From a virus, in the IMG/VR virus record IMGVR_UViG_3300042346_000326, positions 33,381 through 97,380 of that record: DNA of 64,000 bases. The stretch is one strand, 5' to 3'. The notes under the pieces are model-generated. The model made no database searches, was not told where the DNA came from, and saw only the letters and a list, made by a program, of their open reading frames with translations. Below, in pieces: positions 56,547-64,000 of the stretch (position 1 is its first letter; every line of letters starts with the position of its first letter). The position numbers were made by a program, and so were the translations under genes.

Positions 56547-58171
56547 TGGCAAATAAAAAAGCAACAGCAAAACAAAAGGGCAAGGTTGAAACCGTCATGC
56601 GGGAGTACAAGTCTGGCAAATTAAAGTCAGGAAAAAAGGGACCTGGTAAAGGACCTGTAGTTAAGTCACGTAAGCAGGCCGTTGCTATCGCTATGAGCGA
56701 AGCAGGAATGTCTAAAAAGAAAAAATAATGAAAAGACGTAAAAGAACGCCTGGTGCTCGCGCAGGAAAAGCCCCCTCTAAACAAGTAAGAACAACTTTAA
56801 CTGAAGCAAAATACTCTTCAGGTGGCGCTAAATTAAAGAGGAAGAAAGGCGGCTTCGTACGCAAGCCAAAGCCCCCAATACATTACAAACGTAAGAAAGT
56901 GACCTTTGACTAATGGCAAAGACAATTAAGGTTCAAGGAACAAAACACACCGTTAAGAAGAACAAGAAAGGCGATGTGATTGTCGACCACGAAGCCAAGG
57001 CTAAGGCTGGTAAGTGGGACAAGATTAACTTGACCAAGAAGGGCGGCTCTAAGACCGTTGAAGAGGGCGTCAAGGCTGTAAAAGATTGGCACAAGAAGAA
57101 TCCTCACAAGAAGGTGAAACGTGGCAGCAAAAAAGACAAGTAAGTCAAAAGTAAACCAAGCAGGTAACTACACCAAGCCTGGTATGCGCAAAGCGCTCTT
57201 TAATAAGATTAAGGCTGGCTCCAAGGGTGGAGACCCAGGAGAATGGAGCGCAAGAAAAGCACAACTTCTTGCCTCTGAATATAAGAAGGCAGGCGGAGGG
57301 TACAAGAACTAGAATGGCCCTTGCTAAATCACAGAAGTCCTTAAAGAAGTGGTCACAAGAGAAGTGGCGTACTTCCGATGGGAAAGAGTCTAAAGGTAAA
57401 AAGAGATACCTGCCAGATAAAGCATGGGATAGTCTTTCTCCTTCAGAAAAGGCTGCTACTAACCGCGCTAAAGCCGAAGGCAATAGCAAAGGAAAGCAGT
57501 TTGTAAAACAACCCAAAAAAATTGCCGCAAAGACGGCAAGACACCGATAGGAGATACCCATGTGTAGCACTTGTGGCTGTATGAAGCCGAAAGATAAGCA
57601 CGGAGAGAAGACTCTAGCCGCTGCTAACAAGAAGTATGCCAAGAAGAAGAACGACAAGAAGAAGGAGAAAAAGTAATGGCTCTCTCCTGTAATATGAAGA
57701 ATTGTAAGTGTAAATGCAATGTTTGCAAAGGAAAGAAATAATGGCGCTAAAAGGTAAACAAACCAAACTTGACTTAAACAAGAACGGCAAACTTGATAAG
57801 GAAGACTTCTCAATGCTACGTGGCAAGAAGGGCGCTGCTAAAGCCAAAGGCAAGAAGCAGGCTATGCCAAGAAAGAAGGGCATGTAGTGAAGAAGCCACC
57901 TATGAAGGGCAAGTACACCAAGAAGTCCGATGAAAAGATGGACTCCTACTTGACCAAGAAGGCTGGTCTTGACAAAGAAGAAAAAGAAGAGTTTGAGAAG
58001 AAAGACAAGGCTCACGGAAAAAAGAAGAAACCGAAGACTCTTCAAGAGGATGTCAAGATTGATAAGAAGATTATCAAGGGCATAAAGAAGAAAGAAAAGG
58101 CCCACGAAAAGAAGGAAGGCAAGAAGGGCGAGAAGGCCGAAGAAAAGCGGGAGAAGAAAGAAAAGAAGTAG
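56546..58171 (+). other. array of nine closely coupled Lys-rich micro-ORFs (DUF6496-like, split DUF5872-like, Cys-rich, EF-hand-like)
   Basis: 56546-56728, 56728-56913, 56913-57143, 57121-57312, 57314-57550, 57560-57676, 57676-57741, 57741-57887, 57887-58171; mostly TAATG-type overlaps. Confidence 0.75.
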
Positions 58172-58178
58172 CAAGTTG

Positions 58179-58206
58179 GAGCCCCGAAAGGGGCTCTTCT
58201 TGTTTA
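58179..58206 (+). terminator. intrinsic terminator
   Basis: GAGCCCC-GAAA-GGGGCTC-TTCTTGTTT. Confidence 0.8.
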
Positions 58207-58274
58207 TCCTAGCCTTATCGGAAATCCGTGCGGACTCCGTGTAGCACCCACTACTTGCGATAAAGGGGATATAA

Positions 58275-58448
58275 ATGGCTTGGAAGCCTTGGTATGAACG
58301 TGCCGCTGAAATGAACGGCAAAGAAGTTGAAGAGTTCATGCGTGGCGTTTTTGGTTGGAAACCAAAAGATAAACGCCCAATTATTACTGGTCTTATCGCA
58401 GGCTACGTTGGTGGCAAAGTCGCTGCGAAGGACCTAAAGAAGAAGTGA
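58275..58448 (+). CDS. small membrane-associated protein (57 aa)
   Basis: AAAGGGG RBS; MAWKPWYER..IITGLIAGYVGG; not in the ORF track. Confidence 0.55.
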   Translation: MAWKPWYERAAEMNGKEVEEFMRGVFGWKPKDKRPIITGLIAGYVGGKVAAKDLKKK

Positions 58449-58762
58449 ATCGACAAAAATTAAACAGCGCCCTTAATCAAGCCAGTCACGAAACGACCAG
58501 GCTTCTTTCCGCACACCTGCGCACGGAGGCTCGCAAGAGCGGATGGTCAGATGATGTCGTGCGCTCTATGAACGTTACCTACGACAAAGATGGCTTTGCA
58601 GCGCATGTAGACGCTCGTAATCACGTCAAAGCCTTAGATTTAGAGTACGGAACTCCTACTACTCAACCAACTGCTGCAGTTCGCCGTTTTAGTAATCGAA
58701 CAGCAGAGGCTCAACATTTCTTTGTAAACCGTCTCTTCAAGCATATCGAGGATGACCTATGA
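58445..58762 (+). CDS. neck/tail-completion protein (HK97 gp10-like)
   Basis: LEYGT....P motif; position. Confidence 0.5.
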   Translation: MNRQKLNSALNQASHETTRLLSAHLRTEARKSGWSDDVVRSMNVTYDKDGFAAHVDARNHVKALDLEYGTPTTQPTAAVRRFSNRTAEAQHFFVNRLFKHIEDDL

Positions 58763-59481
58763 GTTTCCTACTTGATGAAGATGAAGCGATTCGTGACCTA
58801 CTACTCGGTATGACTGTTACAGACCAAAAGCAGAATACCTCCCGCAATGTCGGTGTATGGTTTGGACAACCTGACCAAGAGTTACGTGAGCAGAAGTATC
58901 CCTACATAACTATAGATATGATTGATGTTGCTGAAGATTTCACACGTGCTATGCGTGGCAAGGTTCGCCCTGCATATATCCAAGACCCAACCGTCATGGT
59001 TACTGGTGTACAAGGAACTCAGTCAGTTCAGTTTGTTCAACAAGTAAACTTTAATAATAATGACCATGCCTGGGAAATTGATTACCCAATTCCCGTAAAC
59101 ATCGACTATCAAATAACTACATACTCACGTCAACCACGTCATGACCGCCAAATTCTGGCGCAATTACTATACACAAAGATTCCACTTCGATACGCTGTTC
59201 TATTGACGGGACCAAACACTGTCTATGGTACACATCGTCGCTTGGATGTTCTGGATATTGCAAAACGCGATGTTTCAGAAAATGGCAAACGGTTGTTTGT
59301 CAATGCAATCACTGTGCGTATCTCATCCGAGATTGCACAAGAAACCTTCACCAAACTCTATAAGGCGCAAGAACTTACTATCACTGGTGTTACAGACGAC
59401 GAAGGCAATACTGATGGAAGTCAGGTTATTGGTCGTGGTCAATTCACTGCAATTCAAGGCATAACTATTACGGCACCATAA
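58759..59481 (+). CDS. tail terminator / sheath stabiliser-like protein
   Basis: YPYITI..D; PIPVNIDYQI; precedes sheath. Confidence 0.65.
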   Translation: MSFLLDEDEAIRDLLLGMTVTDQKQNTSRNVGVWFGQPDQELREQKYPYITIDMIDVAEDFTRAMRGKVRPAYIQDPTVMVTGVQGTQSVQFVQQVNFNNNDHAWEIDYPIPVNIDYQITTYSRQPRHDRQILAQLLYTKIPLRYAVLLTGPNTVYGTHRRLDVLDIAKRDVSENGKRLFVNAITVRISSEIAQETFTKLYKAQELTITGVTDDEGNTDGSQVIGRGQFTAIQGITITAP

Positions 59482-59511
59482 GGAACAACCTCAACTTAGT
59501 TAGGAGAAAAG

Positions 59512-61023
59512 ATGTCATTTAGTCGCCCAGGCGTTTATATTACAGAACGCCTATTACCAGCAACACTTCCGCAAGGACCAAGTGCTGATGCTGCTGGTGC
59601 AGTAGTTGCGCCTTTTGCACAGGGACCAGAAACGGTAACTCGTGTAACTTCTTGGTATGACTTTACCAAGTACTTTGGTGGATATAACGCTTCTTATCCA
59701 GCAACATTTCAGGTAGCAGCATTCTTCCAAAACGGTGGACGCGAACTTTATGTTCAACGTCTACTTGCATCAAACGCTGTAAAAGCCGATACCGACCTAG
59801 TCGACAGTGGTAGCGCAGCACAAGTTAACATTCAATCAAAAAATGCTGGAACTGATGGAAACAGCCTTCGTGTTGTTCTTTCAGCAGGTCAGGTAGCCAG
59901 CACATACACACTTACTTTGTACAAAGAGTCAGGTGTAGCAAATGATATTTCTGACGACATTCTTCTTGAGCGATATGAAAACATCGTTTTTGATGATGAC
60001 ACGTCAAGTGATTACGCAGAAACAGTTATAAACGTTGTTTCACCTAACATCACAGTAGCAGTTGATTCAGGTTATGCAGGACAGTCTTTGACTTCTGCAA
60101 CCTATCCACTTGCAGGTGGTTCAAACGGAACTGCAACAGCATCTACTGATTACACCAACTACAAGGCTGGTGGTTCATCAGTATTTACTAGATTCTCAAA
60201 TCTTGAGCGTCCACTTGTAATGTTTCTTCCAGTTGTTAACGCTCTTGCTTCTGGAACAACAGCAGTATTTGATGCAGCAACTTCTTGGGCAGAAGATAAC
60301 AACGGATTCGTTGTTGTTGATACTGACCCAGATTTAACTCCAGCAAACGCTGTTAGCGCTGCTGCTGCTCTTGCAGATACCAGTTTTGCTGCTGTCTATT
60401 ACCCGCAATACTTCATTGCTGACCCACTAGGACGTGGCGCTGGTGCGCTTCGTAAAATTGGGCCATCAGGTGCTCTTGCAGGTATCTACCTTGCAAACGA
60501 TGCATCACGTGGTGTATTTAAGGCTCCAGCAGGTGTAGGAGTTGTTCTTCAAGGTGCAGTTGTTATGGAGAGAACCTTCACATCAACTGAACTCGATACA
60601 ATGAACGCAAGCACATCGCCAGTCAACGCAATTCGTGCTCTTCCAGGTGCAGGCATCTGCGTCATGGGCGCACGCACGCTCAAGCAGGATGGAACAGCAA
60701 ACAAGTATGTCAACATGCGTCGTTCGCTTATCTACATTCGCAAGCAATTAAAGAACCTCACAGAGTTTGCAATATTTGAAAACAATGATGAAAAACTATG
60801 GGCATCACTGCGCACCGTAATCTCTTCATTCTTAGTTGAATATAAGAATCAGGGTGGTTTACGAGGTGCTACAAACACTGATGCTTTCTTTATCAAGTGT
60901 GATGGTGAAAATAACACCGCACAATCAATTGCAAACGGAGAGGTACGCATCCAAGTGGGTGTCGCACTCCAGTATCCAGCAGAATTCGTTGTCATTGACC
61001 TAAGTCAAAAGACCGCGAATTAA
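59512..61023 (+). CDS. contractile tail sheath protein
   Basis: PGVYITE, GVFKAPAG, GARTL, YVNMRR, FENND, PAEFVVI. Confidence 0.93.
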   Translation: MSFSRPGVYITERLLPATLPQGPSADAAGAVVAPFAQGPETVTRVTSWYDFTKYFGGYNASYPATFQVAAFFQNGGRELYVQRLLASNAVKADTDLVDSGSAAQVNIQSKNAGTDGNSLRVVLSAGQVASTYTLTLYKESGVANDISDDILLERYENIVFDDDTSSDYAETVINVVSPNITVAVDSGYAGQSLTSATYPLAGGSNGTATASTDYTNYKAGGSSVFTRFSNLERPLVMFLPVVNALASGTTAVFDAATSWAEDNNGFVVVDTDPDLTPANAVSAAAALADTSFAAVYYPQYFIADPLGRGAGALRKIGPSGALAGIYLANDASRGVFKAPAGVGVVLQGAVVMERTFTSTELDTMNASTSPVNAIRALPGAGICVMGARTLKQDGTANKYVNMRRSLIYIRKQLKNLTEFAIFENNDEKLWASLRTVISSFLVEYKNQGGLRGATNTDAFFIKCDGENNTAQSIANGEVRIQVGVALQYPAEFVVIDLSQKTAN

Positions 61024-61043
61024 TTCGAAGGAGAAATACATAA

Positions 61044-61676
61044 ATGCCAACAATAATCAATAACCGCTCGACACTGGTAACCGACCCGTTACGTAATTTT
61101 CGGTTCCTTGTCCAGTTCAAACCTCTAACGGGATTCCCAGGAGCACTGGGCGGAACGTTACGCAGTGGAGCCGTAAACTCTGTTTCTTTTGGGTTTACCT
61201 CTGTATCAGGTCTGTCAGTAACTACAGACTCTATCCCTTACCGTGAGGGTGGGTACAACACAACCGTTCACCAGATTCCTGGTCAAACCACATTTACGCC
61301 GCTCACACTACAGCGTGGTGTAATGCTTGGAACAAATCAGAACTGGGAATGGATGCGCCTTCTGTTTGCAACAGTTGCAGCAGGTGGCAGCACACGTTCA
61401 ATTGCAGAAAACTTCCGTTGCAATATTGAAGTATCTGTTCTTTCACATCCAATTCCTGCTTCAGGTGCTGGAGACCCAAATGCTGCTGCTACTGACCATG
61501 TAGCAAAACGTATTGAGGTCTACAACGCATGGCCTACATCTGTGGCATACTCTGACCTCAACGCAGGTGACAATGCACTTCTAGTTGAACAAGTTACCTT
61601 CGTACACGAAGGCTTTGATATCAACTGGGGTACAGCGCTTACAGCAGCAGGACAAGCACCAGACTTCGCAGACTAA
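61044..61676 (+). CDS. tail tube protein (T4 gp19-like)
   Basis: DPLRNFRF, GFTSVSGL, YREGG, PGQTTF..LTLQRG, NAWP. Confidence 0.9.
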   Translation: MPTIINNRSTLVTDPLRNFRFLVQFKPLTGFPGALGGTLRSGAVNSVSFGFTSVSGLSVTTDSIPYREGGYNTTVHQIPGQTTFTPLTLQRGVMLGTNQNWEWMRLLFATVAAGGSTRSIAENFRCNIEVSVLSHPIPASGAGDPNAAATDHVAKRIEVYNAWPTSVAYSDLNAGDNALLVEQVTFVHEGFDINWGTALTAAGQAPDFAD

Positions 61677-61688
61677 CAAAGGAACATA

Positions 61689-62492
61689 ATGTCGAAAACA
61701 ATTAGTGCAGCGGCTAATCCCGCATTGGCAAATAAAATGTTAAGTGATGTTGTGGAAGAAAAACCACAGCAAAAAGAAATAAAGATTACTTCTCCTTCGA
61801 ACAATATCGTGACTCTCCCTGGTGGCTATATAACAGCCACTGGGGAAGTCATCGATGAAGCAGAGGTAAGAGAACTTACTGGCGCAGATGAAGAAGCAAT
61901 AGCAAAAGCCCCAAATGTGGGAAGAGCACTGTTAACTATTCTGCAAAGAGGTACTGTAAGAATAGGAGAAGAACGGGCAGACGATAAAGTCCTAGATGGT
62001 ATTTTATCTGCAGACCGTGATGTTCTTCTTCTTGCAATATTCAAAGCCACTTTTGGAAACACAACAGTGATTCCTGTTTACATTGATGGAGAGATGAAAG
62101 AAGTTGAAGTAGACCTTAATGTGGATATACCAATTAAGACTCTATCGGACAAAGTAAATGACCGCTATTTTACTGTAAAGGGCAAAAAGAACCTGTACAC
62201 CGTGCAACTTCCAACAGGCAAGACTCACAGAGAAATGATTAAAAACTCTGAGAAGTCATCTGCTGAATTGACTACTTTAATGTTAGAAGGAACTGTTACA
62301 GAAATAAATGGAACACCAGTCCTAAGTAAATCCCAGGTACAAACTCTCGGAATTCAAGACCGTAAAATCATCATTGATGAAATCAATAAAAGGCTTCCAG
62401 GGCCACAGTTCGACAATGTCACTGTGACTGACCCTGATACAGGAAAAGAGGTAAGTGTTCCCGTTAATTTCGGGACCTTATTTCGATTCTAA
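61689..62492 (+). CDS. tail assembly chaperone / T4 gp26-like
   Basis: VRELTGADEE; sits between tube and tape measure. Confidence 0.7.
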   Translation: MSKTISAAANPALANKMLSDVVEEKPQQKEIKITSPSNNIVTLPGGYITATGEVIDEAEVRELTGADEEAIAKAPNVGRALLTILQRGTVRIGEERADDKVLDGILSADRDVLLLAIFKATFGNTTVIPVYIDGEMKEVEVDLNVDIPIKTLSDKVNDRYFTVKGKKNLYTVQLPTGKTHREMIKNSEKSSAELTTLMLEGTVTEINGTPVLSKSQVQTLGIQDRKIIIDEINKRLPGPQFDNVTVTDPDTGKEVSVPVNFGTLFRF

Positions 62493-62640
62493 CGTAACGA
62501 GTTATGAAACACTCATTGCGGAGTGGGCAGCGCTCACTAGGTCTTTTAAAGGCTGGACACTAACGGAGATAAAAACGTTATCTCCACGAGAACGTAAAAA
62601 CTGGCTAGAAGTAGCCCGTTATGTCAGGGAAAGGGATTAG
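62455..62640 (+). CDS. probable frameshift-accessed C-terminal chaperone extension
   Basis: GWTLTEIKTLSPRERKNW; +1 frame relative to the upstream gene. Confidence 0.55.
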   Translation: MFPLISGPYFDSNVTSYETLIAEWAALTRSFKGWTLTEIKTLSPRERKNWLEVARYVRERD

Positions 62641-62641
62641 T

Positions 62642-64000
62642 ATGGCAAATAATAAAATGCTGTCTAATGTTCGTGACCTGACTACTGCCGTTGGTCAACT
62701 GCAACAAAAAATTGACGCCCTATATAACTCTCTAGATAAAGTTTCAGGTAAAGCAACTGAGGCTCTAGGGGGTGCGCAAGGCGTTCTACAATCTGGTGGG
62801 CAAATAGGCGTTGGTCAAGGCTCTACAACAATGAACCTTGGTTCAGACAACGCCAAATTCCCAACTTCACAACCATCTTCTGGCGGCAAGATGATGCCCT
62901 CAAGTCTTGGAAACTTTAGTTTCTCGTGGCAATTTAGACAGGGAAATCCAGAAGCAAGTTTAATGACTTCGCAGGCTGGTGGTGGAGGCGGAGGCGGTGG
63001 AGACACTGGAAAATTCTTTGGTCCAATTGATGCTTTTAAATACGGATTTAAAGGTGCAGCAAAAGTTGGATTAGGTGTTGCTGCAGGTATGTATGCTGCT
63101 GCGCCAGATGTGTCTCTTCTTGGACAACGAAGTATTGGGCTAGAGCAAGCACTGCGTCTTGGCACTGGTACTAGACAAATGCTTAATCAACAGTTAACTG
63201 GTGGATTAAGAAATGCAATGTCAAGCGTTGGTTCTGACGCAATAGTTGCTCCAATTCTTGCAAGCCGTGGCTTTATGCCAGGAACGTCTAACTATAAAAT
63301 GATGGTAGGTGAAACGGCTGGAGCGTTTAGGTATTTAGGAATTGACAATGCTGCTGCTGCAAGTGCGTTAGCCAGTTTGCGTTCTGCGCCTACAGGAGCA
63401 GCGCTTTATAACCTTGGAATTAATACATACGATGCTTCTACTGGAAAGTTTAAATCTACTGGTGCTATTGCTAAAGAGTTAATGAGTACATTAACTGCAG
63501 GTAGAGGAGCAACTCCAGAGCAAATTGCTTTTGCTATTCAATCAGGAACTTTATCAGGAACTTTAACAGATTTATTTGGAACAGGCGCTGAAAGAGACAT
63601 CATGCAAGTTGCCATGATGGATATTGCAAAAGGCAAAAATCCAGACCTTGCAATGCGTGGAGAAAAAGAAGCCATTCCTATTCTTGAAGGTGTTGGGCAA
63701 ATGAATTATGCTCAAACAAGGCTATATGAAGCCTCAGAAGATAGAATGGTTGAAGGATTTAACAGAGCAGCAAAAGTTGTTGACGCGTTCAACAAAGCAA
63801 TGGAAAAAGTAGTTGGTCCACTTGCAGAACTAAAGGGAGTTATTCAGGGCGCTGGTGGAACAAATGTAGGAGAAGCCGTATCTACTGGTGCTCCTCTTAT
63901 TGCTTTAGGGTTAAAAGATATGGCTAAATCATTAACCAGTCTTTTTCCAGGAATAGCAGGCGCAGGAATTGCTACTGGTCTTGCAACAGTTGCAGCAGGA
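62642..64000 (+). CDS. tape measure protein, 3'-truncated by the window edge
   Basis: Ala/Gly-rich frame after the chaperone, apparently open to the window end. Confidence 0.75.
   Translation, partial: MANNKMLSNVRDLTTAVGQLQQKIDALYNSLDKVSGKATEALGGAQGVLQSGGQIGVGQGSTTMNLGSDNAKFPTSQPSSGGKMMPSSLGNFSFSWQFRQGNPEASLMTSQAGGGGGGGGDTGKFFGPIDAFKYGFKGAAKVGLGVAAGMYAAAPDVSLLGQRSIGLEQALRLGTGTRQMLNQQLTGGLRNAMSSVGSDAIVAPILASRGFMPGTSNYKMMVGETAGAFRYLGIDNAAAASALASLRSAPTGAALYNLGINTYDASTGKFKSTGAIAKELMSTLTAGRGATPEQIAFAIQSGTLSGTLTDLFGTGAERDIMQVAMMDIAKGKNPDLAMRGEKEAIPILEGVGQMNYAQTRLYEASEDRMVEGFNRAAKVVDAFNKAMEKVVGPLAELKGVIQGAGGTNVGEAVSTGAPLIALGLKDMAKSLTSLFPGIAGAGIATGLATVAAG

Noticed and set aside
57145-58339. Long minus-strand ORFs (222 and 241 aa)
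   Set aside because: Phe/Leu-rich antisense of the Lys-rich plus-strand genes
1-64000. tRNA genes or alternative genetic code
   Set aside because: No cloverleaf with a T-loop consensus noticed, and core genes are intact in the standard code; tRNAscan-SE would be decisive

Overview
This 64-kb window is part of a large, Bxz1-like myovirus genome, most likely infecting an Actinobacterium (WhiB, DUF3263-like, MSMEG_6728-like and PASTA genes; leaderless -10 promoters). From left to right it holds: a class II ribonucleotide reductase; a minus-strand block (lysozyme-like protein, tyrosine recombinase, HTH, DenV-like glycosylase, WhiB, HNH, VWA plus MoxR-type AAA); about 1.5 kb of non-coding DNA; a cassette of small GNAT, ADP-ribosyltransferase-like and papain-like genes sharing an N-terminal LSxxQF-type tag; HslV-like protease, Hsp20 and lysis genes; and the virion module (terminase, portal, scaffold, major capsid, collagen-like fibres with glycosylation genes, a basic micro-protein array, sheath, tube, chaperone and the start of the tape measure gene). 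The most striking observation is a ~520-nt highly structured non-coding segment at the 5' end of the minus-strand operon (16518 to 15991). It is complementary, in four nested collinear helices with G-U-compatible mismatches, to the 53 nt just before that operon's terminator (7425 to 7373). The ~8.6-kb gene block therefore appears to be looped out of one large split structured RNA. All calls were made by eye from motifs; no searches or folding programs were run.
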